A stretch of 62,897 nt of DNA, counting the filler, from Octopus bimaculoides (taxonomy: Eukaryota): NCBI RefSeq assembly GCF_001194135.2. It is 5 parts of 5 records of this genome, joined end to end, with 100 filler letters (N's around TTAATTAATTAA, not from the genome) between each part and the next. Parts side by side here need not be neighbours in the genome. Positions count along the whole stretch, not along the records: positions 1 to 18,548 come from NC_068988.1; positions 18,649 to 32,365 come from NC_068990.1; 3 more parts are not named here. One strand, written 5' to 3'. Positions 13,415 to 24,939 of the stretch are shown one piece after another (position 1 is the first letter of the stretch; every line of letters begins with the position of its first letter). The notes under the pieces are model-generated. The model was not told the origin of the DNA, did not search any database, and was given only the letters and a program-made list of their open reading frames with translations. The position numbers and the translations under genes were made by a program.

Positions 13415-13850
13415 CTGCCGAGGTTGACTTTGTCATTCATCCTTTCGGGGTTGATAAATTAAGTACCAGTTGCATACTAGGGTCGATCTAATCGACTGCC
13501 TCTCTGAAAATTTTGGGCCTTGTCCCCAGAGTAGAAAAGATTATTATAATCATTATCGTTAAGGTGACATGCTGTCAGAATCGTTAATATGCCGGGCAAA
13601 TTGCTTAACCGCATTTTAGCCCGTTTTTACATTCTGAGTTCAAATTCCACTGAGGTCAGCTTTGCATTTCATCCTTTTGGGGTTGATAGAATAAGCACCA
13701 GTTGAACCCTGAGGTTGATGTAATTGAGGTCGACTTAGCTTTTCATCCTTTCAGGATCGATAAATTAAGTACCAGCTGAGTACTGGGGTCGATGTAATCA
13801 ACTTGCCCTTTACCTCAAAATTTTAGGCTTTGTGCCTATAGTAGGGAGGA
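13415..13850 (+). mobile_element. Cluster of three partial SINE family A copies
   Basis: gaggt(c/t)ga/gc..ttt..ttcatcc core at about 13419, 13652 and 13727. Confidence 0.8.
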
Positions 13851-13851
13851 T

Positions 13852-14215
13852 TCATCATCGTTTAACGTCCACTTTCCATGCTAGCATGGGTTGGACGATT
13901 TGACTGAGGACTGGTGAACCAGATGACTACACCAGGCTCCAATCTGATTTGGCAGAGTTTCTACAGCTGGATGCCCTTCCTAATACCAACCACTCCAAGA
14001 GTGTAGTGGGTGCTTTTACGCGCCACCAGCACGAAGGCCAGTCAAGCAGTACTGGTAATGGCCACGCTCGAAATGGTGTATTTTACGTGCCACCTGCACA
14101 AGAGCCAGTCCAGTGGCACTGGCAACGATCTCGCTTGAATGACTTTTCAGGAACGCGAAGCTGTGGCACAAGTGCCAGGAAGGCAACACTGGTAACGATC
14201 ACGCTCAAACGGTGG
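13852..14215 (-). mobile_element. SINE family C
   Basis: catcatcgtttaacgtccactttccatgctagcatgggttggacg...ctggatgcccttcc. Confidence 0.88.
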
Positions 14216-16332
14216 TGCCATCACGGTATTCTATGCTGGCTTGGTTTGAACAGTTTGACAGGATTAGCGAGTCTCTGGGCTGCATCTACATCAAACTCCA
14301 GTGTCAACTTTGATATGGTTTTTGTAGCTGGAGGCCCTTCCTAATAACCGTCCAGCTATGTTATTAAACTTTTCTTTATTTCAAAAATCAATTTAAAGGA
14401 AGATTAACCATTTCAAGAGAAACAGGGTAACAAAATGTTTCAAACAATCAAATTCTGATAGATCAAAATTAGTCTTGTACACGCCTAATTCCATTTTCGT
14501 TTGTTCTTAAGCTGTTACCGTTTGGTATTTTCATTTTTGGTATTTGTAAAATTATGAATCTTTGTTAATTTTTTCTTAATCAATGCTAATAATAAACAAT
14601 TTTACTCAAAGTATTCTATTTTATTTTATTTTTCAGGTTCAACCATAATTTGTTCAGGAAAAAACACTGCTGGATGCCATAAATTGGTGTGAAATTGGAT
14701 ATTTTCAAATATTTTTACCATTTTTTGTAAAAAAAAAAAATAAAAAAAACCCCAAAAACCCCACAAAAATTTCTCCTTTCCACAAAAAGCAACAAAAAAA
14801 CAAAAGCAAATGCCAAACATCATTCAAAGTGAATAAGAAAAAGAAACGGTGTTATTTTTTTTTTTTTACTAAACGAAAATAATTTTTAATTGAATATTTA
14901 AAAGTAAATATTGAAAAAGAAAAAAAAAACAACACGAAACGAAATTAATNNNNNNNNNNNNNNNNNNNNNNNNNNNNNNNNNNNNNNNNNNNNNNNNNNN
15001 NNNNNNNNNNNNNNNNNNNNNNNNNNNNNNNNNNNNNNNNNNNNNNNNNNNNNNNNNNNNNNNNNNNNNNNNNNNNNNNNNNNNNNNNNNNNNNNNNNNN
15101 NNNNNNNNNNNNNNNNNNNNNNNNNNNNNNNNNNNNNNNNNNNNNNNNNNNNNNNNNNNNNNNNNNNNNNNNNNNNNNNNNNNNNNNNNNNNNNNNNNNN
15201 NNNNNNNNNNNNNNNNNNNNNNNNNNNNNNNNNNNNNNNNNNNNNNNNNNNNNNNNNNNNNNNNNNNNNNNNNNNNNNNNNNNNNNNNNNNNNNNNNNNN
15301 NNNNNNNNNNNNNNNNNNNNNNNNNNNNNNNNNNNNNNNNNNNNNNNNNNNNNNNNNNNNNNNNNNNNNNNNNNNNNNNNNNNNNNNNNNNNNNNNNNNN
15401 NNNNNNNNNNNNNNNNNNNNNNNNNNNNNNNNNNNNNNNNNNNNNNNNNNNNNNNNNNNNNNNNNNNNNNNNNNNNNNNNNNNNNNNNNNNNNNNNNNNN
15501 NNNNNNNNNNNNNNNNNNNNNNNNNNNNNNNNNNNNNNNNNNNNNNNNNNNNNNNNNNNNNNNNNNNNNNNNNNNNNNNNNNNNNNNNNNNNNNNNNNNN
15601 NNNNNNNNNNNNNNNNNNNNNNNNNNNNNNNNNNNNNNNNNNNGTAGAAGTACAAAATGGACGCGTGACAGCTTGCTTTGATTCGATAAAAGTAAGTCTT
15701 ACCATTTCATTCTTTCATTTCTGTAAACCTTCCTGTTCTTCTGATTGTTTTTTTATGTACCATTTTTACATGTTAAATGAAATGTTGGTTTAAAAAAAAT
15801 ACACCCTCTGAAAAAGGTATATGCATTCAAATTCACACACACACACACACACAAAACCCCTAAAAAAAAAAACCCCAAAAGAAAACACCCAGAAACTGTA
15901 GAAATTATGGTATACTTAACCTATATGATATCAACCTGCCTGGCACCAGCCCCGTGTCCTATAGGACAAACTTGCTGCTGTAACTTTGTAGCATTGAGAG
16001 CCCCACCTAACAGACATAATGCTTGTTTTAAATTAATCCTGCATTAGCTTGCAGCTTTGATACTTCAATGATGTGATTATTGATTTTGAAATGACATTGT
16101 AGGGTAAGTGTGAGAGGCCAAATCTGGTCAGTTTGAACATAAAGCAGGGAGAATATTTGGGACAGATATGAGCTAAATTAAAATCTTTTATGAAAATTCC
16201 GTGTTTCAAACATCATCTTAATAATATCCAAGTTGTTTTACAAAATTCAAATTAATTAAAGTAAGGAAAGGGCTAAACAAGTACCAGTCACATATTGGGG
16301 TTGATTACATCAGTTGTACTTTATTCTCAGTG

Positions 16333-16450
16333 AAGGCACATGGCTCAGTGGTTAAAGTGTCAGGCTCACAATCATGAGGTTAGTGAGTTCGATTCCCAGA
16401 CCACGTTGTGTGTTGTGTTTCTAAAAGACACTTTATTTCATGTTGTTCGA
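16333..16450 (+). mobile_element. SINE family D head (tRNA-derived)
   Basis: ggcacatggctcagtggttaaagtg (A box) ... gagttcgattccc (B box). Confidence 0.7.
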
Positions 16451-17539
16451 GTTCTGCCCATCTTAAATCAGTTCTTATTCAGAATTTCAGCCTTGCTAAA
16501 CATGTACCTTATGATGTCTCTTAAAAAAATTCACATGTCAGTTGTACAACCTGTTTTTGGTTTTAATTCATTTTAATTCCATTCAAGTCTGGAGTTAGAT
16601 GTTTCAACTCTGGACCACCTCATTCATTTTTTTCCCCCGCCCAAATACATTTATGGGACCAAACTGAGTCTTCCAGGTTGGATGATAGAGTTTAATGGTA
16701 GTGTGACTTGAGGGGGTATTTAGCTACCATTTCTAATAGCTTGAATGACATCTTATAGACTCCACTGTTGGTGTCAATTACAGAAAGCTGTGCTTAACAT
16801 TTCAAATCTACCCCACCACTCAAATGTTAAATAAGAACACAAGACTCTCTGTAAATCCTTTAAATAAACTAATAATTCAGGACTGTCTGGATTCCAAATT
16901 ACATATTTCTTCTCTAAAAAGAGAGAGATGTTTATTTAAGGTTTTTCCTTCCCTGTTTGATTTGGTGGATGTTTAGGATATTCTTATTCTTTTATTCTAA
17001 TTCTGCATTCTATTCTGATTCTGTATTCTATTATTCTGCTCTTATTCCATGTTCTTATTCTTTGTTTACAATCTTATTCCAATGTTCTATGTACATATTG
17101 TATTCTTGTTCAGTATTCTTATACTATATTGTTAGTCCTATTCTATTATTCCAATTCCAATTCTATTACTCTCAATCGTCTCATTCTCCCTCTCTGTTAA
17201 ACCTCTCTCTCAAATTGTTTCGCCTCTCTTTTCACTGTTTTCTTCGTCTCTCAAACTCATTCATTTTTTTTTTTTTTTTCCATTAATTTTTGAGATTCTG
17301 GAATGTTTTTTACTGTCTGGTCTCTGCTATTTGGAGCAGTAATTTCTTCATCATGTCTGTAATTATTTTATTTTTTTCTCCTTGTACTTGATATCATATT
17401 TGTAAATATTTTCTTAACCCCCCCCNNNNNNNNNNATCATCACTATCTCACCACCACCACCACCATCATTTGTTTCCCTGAGGTACCATGGCTCCTCTTC
17501 CTATCACCCCCACATTTTCTGGTTGGTTACTTTGTTTAA

Positions 17540-18005
17540 CCCTACAGCAGTCAGATTGCTCTGTCAAATATAATGCTTTATTTCTTCACATTAGTAATAA
17601 AAACTGTTGCATGAGGGGAACGTGCTGTAAGAGCGTGTCACTGCGCCCACCACTTTTTGGTGATTCCCTCTTACTCCTGGTGGCGGACACACTTGCACCA
17701 ATCAGGCGCCAACCCTCCAACCCATGGGTCATTTTGGGTTAGTCAATGCTGGTTAGGGTTTTACGAGGTGGGAGTGCAAATCCTACCTCAACCTCATTTA
17801 GTCACCTTTTACGACACACAAGAAACATTAGGCGTGTTCGTTGAAATGCCAGTCTCCACACAATGCCAGAGCAACACGAAATGAAAACCCCATGATCTGG
17901 TACTCCTGAGTGCAACACATAATCATTGAGCTGTATGCCTTCACATTGTTTTGAATTAATCCTGCATTATCTCAAAGCTTCAAGATTTCAATGATGTGTT
18001 ACTCT
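17540..18005 (+). mobile_element. piggyBac-like MITE interrupted by a SINE insertion
   Basis: Starts ttaa|ccctacagcagtcag; resumes at 17941 ttcacattgttttgaattaatcctgc; homologous to 48965-49175 (reversed) and 16030-16180. Confidence 0.7.
17593..17938 (-). mobile_element. SINE-like insertion (family F) with 9-bp TSD
   Basis: cttcacatt duplicated at 17584-17592 and 17939-17947; degenerate tRNA-like head on the minus strand. Confidence 0.65.
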
Positions 18006-18009
18006 TTTA

Positions 18010-18548
18010 TATGTTTCAGTCATTTTGACTGCGGCGATGCTGGAGCACTGCCTTTAGTCGAGCAAATCAACCCCTTTGTAAGCCTAGTACTTATTCTATC
18101 GGTCTCTCTTGCAGGGCTACAGATTGGCTCCTGTGCCAGTGTCATGTAAAAGGCACCATTCTAGCGTGATACATGTACCTTACCATGATACATAGCCTTA
18201 CCGATACATGTGCCGGTGGCACGCGAAAAACATTTGAGCATAGTTGTAGCCAGTGCCGCCAGACTGGCTCCCGTGCACATAGCACGTAAAACACCTTTTG
18301 AGCTTGGTCGTTGCCAGAACTGCCTGATTGACCCTTGTGTCAGTGGCACGTAAAAGCACCCTCTACACTTTCGGAGTGGTTGGCGTTAGGAAGGGCATCC
18401 AGCTGTAGAAACTTTGCCAGATCAGATTGGAGCCTGGTGCAACTTTTTGGCCGAACCACTAAGTGACGGGGACGTAAACACACCAACATCGATTGTCAAG
18501 CAATGGTGTTGGGAAAGACACAGACACACAAATACACACACACACACA
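18010..18548 (-). mobile_element. SINE family B split by a + strand family C copy (about 18120-18440)
   Basis: B sequence ctatcggtctc|...|ttggccgaaccactaag is contiguous once the C copy is removed. Confidence 0.8.
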
Positions 18549-18592
18549 NNNNNNNNNNNNNNNNNNNNNNNNNNNNNNNNNNNNNNNNNNNN

Positions 18593-18604
18593 TTAATTAA
18601 TTAA
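18593..18604. other. Artificial scaffolding spacer N44-TTAATTAATTAA-N44 (also 32410-32421, 50870-50881, 53409-53420)
   Basis: Identical 12-mer with stops in all six frames, flanked by exactly 44 N on each side (100 bp total), four times. Confidence 0.95.
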
Positions 18605-18660
18605 NNNNNNNNNNNNNNNNNNNNNNNNNNNNNNNNNNNNNNNNNNNNCAGTACTCTTTC

Positions 18661-18722
<62 letters not shown>

Positions 18723-19248
18723 GTTTGGCATTTGCTTTGTATTTATACAAGGTGATTCAAGTCTCATCCAGAAACCTCATGAGACAACAAATTAGAAGTT
18801 CAAGTCGGTATTATGATTAGAGTTTTGCACAGAGTATTGTTCAAGAGAATGTTTCAAAAGTAATTTGATGATAAGATGATAGTGTGATCTTAAGATGACA
18901 GGTGTTTGATATAAAAGGTGTTTGCTATTATGCACATTTAAAAGTACTTTTGACAATGTTCAGATTAAAATATTTTTGAAATCAGGCAGACAATATATTT
19001 CGTAGATTATGAGCAGTTCCCGTGAGCACTATTTTTTAAATTTTACCAATTTTTGGATTTCCTGGTATCTGAGACAAGTAACAATCAGCCCCTTTTGCTT
19101 TCATTCCTAGGGCACCTATGACAATAGCTATTGTTTTAATCTTGAGATTCCACATTTTGCCAATTTCTATTTCAAGATTTTTATATTAACTCAGTTTTGG
19201 TAGGTTTTGACAGATATATTTATGTTGATTGGATATATCTATGTTAAT
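18661..19248 (-). mobile_element. R4/Dong-clade non-LTR retrotransposon 3' end, copy 1, with (TAA)n tail
   Basis: Minus-strand PININISVKTYQ..LS*YKNLEIEIGKMWNLKIKTIAIVIGALGM..YLSQIPGNPKIGKI*KIVLTGTAHNLRNIL, typical of the restriction-like endonuclease C-terminus; AAT tail. Confidence 0.82.
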
Positions 19249-19249
19249 A

Positions 19250-19331
19250 GGCGCGGACGTGGCTGTGTGGTAAGAAGCTTGTTTTCTCAACCACATGGTT
19301 CCAGGCTCACTCCCAATGCATGACATCTTGG
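19250..19331 (+). mobile_element. SINE family B head, truncated
   Basis: gtggctgtgtggtaagaagcttg..aaccacatggttccagg; ends at the tail of the next LINE. Confidence 0.75.
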
Positions 19332-19675
19332 TTATTATTATTATTACTATTATTATTGTAAGTTTGACTTATGCTTTGTATTTGTACAAGTTTACTCCAA
19401 GTCTCACCCAGGGACCTCAAGAGACAACAAGTTAAAAGTTCTTGTTGGTATTATGTTTAGGGTGTCGTGTATTTGGTTTTGCACATGGTACTGTTCTAGA
19501 GAATGTTTAAGAAAATTATAAGTTTGTTTTAAAATTTGAGATTACAAAGACAGTACTTTACGTAGGATATGGACAGTTTCCAAGAACACTATCTTTTGAA
19601 TTTCTACCAATTTTGCGGTTTCCAGATATCTGAGCTAGGTAGGAATCAGTCTCTTTTGCTATCATTCCTTTGTGT
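19332..19675 (-). mobile_element. R4/Dong-clade LINE 3' end, copy 2
   Basis: GMIAKETDSYLAQISGNRK/LVEIQKIVFLETVHILRKVLSL* with one frameshift; 3' UTR homologous to 18720-18870. Confidence 0.82.
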
Positions 19676-19714
19676 TTGTGTGTGTGGGGGGGGATGACAT
19701 GAATNNNNNNNNNN

Positions 19715-19750
<36 letters not shown>

Positions 19751-19769
19751 CCTAATGCTGGAGAGCAAA

Positions 19770-20737
19770 GGTCGATTAGGAAATCGCGCCGACATAGTTG
19801 TCGTTCGCTAGCCGAGCTTTCAGTAAACTGAAGATGACCTACAACGTCGACTATCCGAGTTTCAACCATATCGATAAAATGGGGTGTCTCGTCCATATTA
19901 CCGATTGCTTCCAAAGCTGACTCGTAGGTCTTTTGGAGTTCTATTACATACTGATGGCAGGAATCAACTTTGCTCTCTAGGTCGGCGGGTAATTTCTGTG
20001 CGATATGAGTCCTCTGTCTCAGCATAAGATTGTGTCGTTTCAAAAACTTCGTACACCAGCCAGGGTATGCTTTAAAGTCGGAATCATCGTGTTCTTCAGT
20101 CACTTGGGGAGCCCACAGTCTAATGATGTTCCTCGTGATGACAAGTCCGTTCGTGGATAGTTCAGTCACCCTGTCTCTCAAAATAGTCTCCATCTCCTCA
20201 TTGGGATTCATTCCTATCCTAATTTTCATTAACGATTTGATGCCAACGGATTTCATTTTCTCCTCTTTCAAACACCAATCCCTGACCATTTTTTCTGAGA
20301 CCCTAAATTCTTTTTCTGCGGCTTGATTCGAATGCGGTTTCGCGTATTCAACAACTTTCAACTTTTAAGTGATAGCATCCCAATTCCTCTTTCTGTTCAT
20401 GCTAACAAATAACATGGCATCAAATTAAAGAAAGACAGGTACGGTACAAAAGCAAACAAGCATTAAACTGAATTTTTTTAGATTAAATGTTTATTTCATA
20501 CTAACAAAAGTAAAGAAACATATAAAAAATATCTAAAGGCCGTCTTCCGTGTACTTCTCGGCTTCAGAATTAGTGATTCAGTTTTTTTCGGTTATTCCAA
20601 GTGTTGGAACTTCAGACGTAGCTTGTACCTAGAAAATATCTGAAGATGTTTTATAGGATCCGCTTATAAGTCGCACCCCCAACTTTAGGTGAAGATTTTA
20701 GGGTAGACAAGTGTGACTTATAGCCGAGTGTATACGG
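19770..20737 (-). mobile_element. pogo/Tc2-type DNA transposon, 3'-truncated
   Basis: Terminus TA|CCGTATACACTCGGCTATAAGTCAC at 20737; transposase ORF inside; second TIR not found. Confidence 0.85.
19830..20400 (-). pseudogene. pogo-family transposase remnant (Brinker-like DBD, CENP-B/Tc5 HTH, start of DDE_1)
   Basis: MNRKRNWDAIT*KLKVVEYAK..NQAAEKEFRVSEKMVRDW; FKAYPGWCTKFLKRHNLMLRQRTHIAQKLP; GNMDETP. One in-frame stop, truncated after the first Asp. The ORF track's run-on into 19558 is read-through. Confidence 0.88.
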
Positions 20738-20797
20738 TATATACATACATACATACATACATACATACATACATACATACATACATACATGCATGCA

Positions 20798-20828
<31 letters not shown>

Positions 20829-20879
20829 TTATATATATATATATAGTAATTAGAAAATGGAGGAGAACATGCGGTATCC

Positions 20880-21200
20880 ATCGACTTGTAGCTCGTAGAC
20901 AGTGTATTCCGTTGAATTAATTAATTTATTTTGTAACTAAAATGACAAAAACCACAATATACAAATGCTTATGACATACCATGTTATATTAACAATCAAG
21001 GTTACAAATATAAAGTACATTAGGAATTTGAGAGTGTATAGAAACTTACAGCTGTTTCGGCCTAGCGTTGGCATGTCCCATTCTATCCGAATAGCTCCTG
21101 CGTGCCGGAGTAGTTAGCAGACGAAATGCTGAAATGGGGGTACATGCATGATTCGCTAAGGCCTCTTCAGAGATTCACAAAAATTCAACACAAATATAAA
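20880..21200 (-). mobile_element. Penelope-like pLTR-type fragment carrying a hammerhead ribozyme
   Basis: Contains the ctgaaga-ggcc...ggcc-gaaacagctgta signature; boundaries uncertain. Confidence 0.55.
21041..21176 (-). ncRNA. Type I hammerhead ribozyme (HHR1) with greatly extended helix II
   Basis: Minus strand: GAATCT-CTGAAGA-GGCCTTAGCG..86 nt..CGCTAGGCC-GAAA-C(AGCT)G-TA^AGTTTC. Core intact; helix I 5 of 6 pairs. Confidence 0.8.
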
Positions 21201-22178
21201 GAAAAAATAAAAATAAAAATAAAATAGAAATAAAAATAAGAATACAGTAAAAATAAAAATAAATAAATGAAAAATGAAGATATAAAAATATAAGGCACAT
21301 TAAAAGCCTACAAACAGTATATAAGGTCATACAAATAGCTTTAGACACTCCAATACACATACTTGGATATCTATGGATTCAAAAGCATATATAGATGAGT
21401 ACACATGTGTGTCCAGATGTACGTCAACAGTCACTGCCACCACATGTGAGGGGGAATATACATNNNNNNNNNNNNNNNNTATATATATATATATATATAT
21501 ATATCCCCTCACACATACGTACACACATGCATATATGTATACACAAATATTCCCATACGTACATGGCCCCTGGCACCAACGTTATTCGTTGTGTTTTGGA
21601 AGCTGTTTATATTTTAAAAATTTTTCTGGGTGTGTGCGCGTCAGTTCTGTATGTGGTGGATGGGTCTATGTGGAAGTTCTTTCCAGAGGAGTTATTAATA
21701 CTCTAATAGCAATAATAATAGTGATAATGATGATGATGATAATAACAACAACAACAATACAATAACAATAATAATAAGCTCAAAAAGTTGGCACACACAC
21801 CTTTACATTGTACTTTGGTTAAATCTGAACAGGCAGAACAATGCTATTAATTGCTTCTTCACAGCCTCCACAAGATCTGAACTCTGCTATTAGTAATTTC
21901 TAGAGGGCAGTTCTCGTCATTTGCAGTATTCAAAAATCTGTCGTTCACAGTTCTGAGTCTTTCTCAGCCTAACTAAGGTTATATTTTGTTTTCTTTATCC
22001 ACTTCTCTTGTGTTCATACTTGCCATATATCGGATATATATATGGGTTTTCCTTTCTATCGTCTTATGACTATCTGTAGTCCCTGTTTCAAGAAGTTTTT
22101 TGTCTTAGTTTTTAACAATTTATTTTGCCCTCTCTCTCTTTCTCTCTGCCTTTGTCTTCCACTCTCTCTCTGTTTCTA

Positions 22179-22256
<78 letters not shown>

Positions 22257-22793
22257 CCTCTCATTTAATTCTCTTCGCAATTGTGTGTTACGAGTCTTTT
22301 ATATTTTAAGTTTCCTTGAAAATACGCCGAAGATTTCACACAGTTGACTGGACATTGAACCTGTTTTGACGACAGTAAATTGTTCTCTTAATCATATTCT
22401 GCAGTTATTAGTATAGATTTTTCTTTATATTTCATTACATATTTTTGTTGTTCTACAGTAATCATTTCATAATGATTTTCTACTTTCTCTTATATTCATG
22501 GTGAAAATGTTTTAGGTCAGATTTTGGGTGGTATATTATAATGCATTCATTACTTGTCTGCCTTACCCCGTTCATTCACTTAGCGTCCAGTTTAATATAT
22601 AATTATAGTTTAGTATATATAATTATAGTTTATTTCTGAAATAGCAAACGAGTAATACATACTCTCTTATTTTGATTAGCTTTTTTGTATTTATTTCTGT
22701 TTGAAGTAGTAATAAATTGCGTCTGTATAATTCTTTCGTAAACATGTATTCTGTTCATTCCTTTAATTCCTATGTAACTGTTGTTTATGCTTA

Positions 22794-24321
22794 CTAGCAG
22801 TATAACCCGACGTTGTCCTGATGTGACTTATTACGCCATCTACGATAAGTCTTGCTAGGTGAAAATCAATTAAAAAAGGCCTTAAAACGAAAAAACCCTT
22901 ATGACGTAAATATGTTCATAATTCAAAAAACGATGAAATGAATAGGGAATGTCTGAAGGCTGTTTTGCGTAACATTATTAAGCGTACATAAATTTCATCC
23001 GTCTAATTGACTATACAAATGATTTGTGCAAAACAACTTTTTGCGCTGCCCTGATTATACATAGCAGGGTAATCCCTTTTCGCAGGAGCTAGGGCGGCAA
23101 TTTCTGATGAAGCAATTACTGGCGATCTGTTGCTACTCAGTTCTGCCAGAATTCTATCAGATTAGGCAGTAGATGTTGATGCACCATTTAGCATTATGTT
23201 CAAAGTAGCTTCTGAAATATGGTGAATTGCTGTAGTCTGTTGCTGTCTTTTTAAACCGGTCGCTTTCTTTTCCCAACAAACTCTTTTCTTTGGATGCATA
23301 ATCTATGTATGTATTAAACAGAACAACAAAAGTTATAACAGATGGCAGGGTCGGTAGTTTTCACATTTCGGTAATTTTTCCAATTAACACCCGCACGATT
23401 ACCTAACCATAACCCTAAAACCCTAAACCTAACTCTAATCCTAACCCTAACCCTAAACCCTAAACACTAACCCTAATCCTAACTCTAACCCTAAAACCCT
23501 AACCCTAGCCCTAAAACCCTAACCCTAACACCCTTGCAATGTGTTGTCCTGTCTACATAAGCTCCGTAGTTTGTATATTTACAAAACATTGACGAACATG
23601 GTGCCCGTGTATGCGTTTGAGAGAGGGAGAGAGGAAGAGAGAGAGAGGGGGAAGAAAGGAATAGAGAACGGGAGCAATGAATAGAGAGAAATAGAGGAAG
23701 GGAGAACGGAATACAGTTATAAAATAGCAATGCGTGCGCGTGTTTATATAAGAAACACACACAAAGTAAATCTTATATCTATAATGTTGATGTGTGTATG
23801 TGTTTATATGTATGTTGTTGTCACAGATCACGTATGTGTGGTTGTGTGAGTTTTTACGTTTCTATGTTATGAAAAATATGTTAGAGGTAGAGGGATAGAA
23901 GAAAGCTATTAAATGGGAGAGATGAAGAAGAACGAAGAGTGAAAAGGAAAGAGTGAGAAGGAAAGAATAGTCTTAAACAAAGTTAATCTATGACTTTGTA
24001 TGTATCACTTTCTCTTTCTCTCTCTCCCTCTTTTACTCTTACTCTCTATATTATATGTTGAGCGCGTGACCGATGTGTAAGAAAGCTGTTAAAGGTTGAA
24101 GGGAAGAAATATAAAAGTTGCTAGAAACAACAGCCAAATCTCCCTTAAATCACACAAAATAAACGGAATTTAAAAGATCTAATTATTGCACTGGAAAGTT
24201 CACATCGAGAAAATTCCATTGATGTAAAACATATTTACGAAAAAGTGGAAAATGTGTATTTCTATATACTTTTAAAAAGGCTTCACACAGATACACAACT
24301 TCAGCTTTATTATATATAAGA
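22794..24321 (-). mobile_element. Non-autonomous Helitron, 1528 bp
   Basis: Minus strand starts a|TCTTATATATAATAAAG and ends GGACAACGTCGGGTTATACTGCTAG|t; TC...CTAG termini at an AT site with a degenerate subterminal hairpin. Confidence 0.8.
23401..23531 (-). repeat. Degenerate telomere-like (TTAGGG)n array inside the Helitron
   Basis: About 20 ccctaa/cctaaa/ctctaa units on the + strand. Confidence 0.9.
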
Positions 24322-24344
24322 TTTCCATTTCTTCATCTAATAAT

Positions 24345-24520
24345 AACAGTTTCTACTCTAGGTACATGGCCTGAAACGTTAGGGGAGGGAGCTAGCCGAT
24401 TACATTTACCCCATGAACGGTAAAGTCGACTTTGTCAGAATCTGATCTCAGAACGTTAGGACGGACGAAATGCTGCTGTGCCTTTTTCATCGGAGTGCTA
24501 ATGACTCTGCCTACTCGCTG
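24345..24520 (-). mobile_element. SINE family A, internally deleted
   Basis: ttctactctagg..ggcctgaaa...aaagtcgactt..ctcagaacgt..ctctgcctactcgc. Confidence 0.75.
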
Positions 24521-24939
24521 CTTTCATCTAATATTAATGATAATCGTCATGGGTTGCCTTTTTCTTAACCTATTTTCATATTAACTCCGTTCGCTAGTTT
24601 GACCATGTACTTTCTATAGCAGTGTTTCTAATGTTTATTATCATTAACGTGCAACTTATGGTCTACCACAGACAAAAGAAAGTTGACTGTCTTTCCTAAA
24701 CATTTTTACCCAGTTCATATCTAGTTTAACGTGTTAATTTAAGGTTTTAAACACCAGGCGGAAAACAAGTAGAATGTGTGTGTCTCCTTAGAGAAGTCTT
24801 CTTCTAAAAATCATAGAATCACTTTTATAATTTCTGTGTTTTTTTTTGTCTGTATCTGCCAAATTGTTTGCTGTTTACTCATGATTTGTTGAATGTATCT
24901 GCTAATTACTGATGTTATCTAACATTTAATAGTCCATAG

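Noticed and set aside
16333-16410. tRNA genes at SINE heads (also 19255, 25283, 47290)
   Set aside because: A/B boxes run straight into SINE bodies; no complete cloverleaf.
18549-18648. TTAATTAATTAA palindrome islands (four copies) as a biological motif
   Set aside because: Always N44-12mer-N44 = 100 bp with six-frame stops; an assembly spacer.
23104-23135. CTGATGA-AGCAA...TTGCT
   Set aside because: No GAAA follows the stem; incomplete core.
23401-23531. True telomere or chromosome end
   Set aside because: Short, degenerate and enclosed within Helitron termini.
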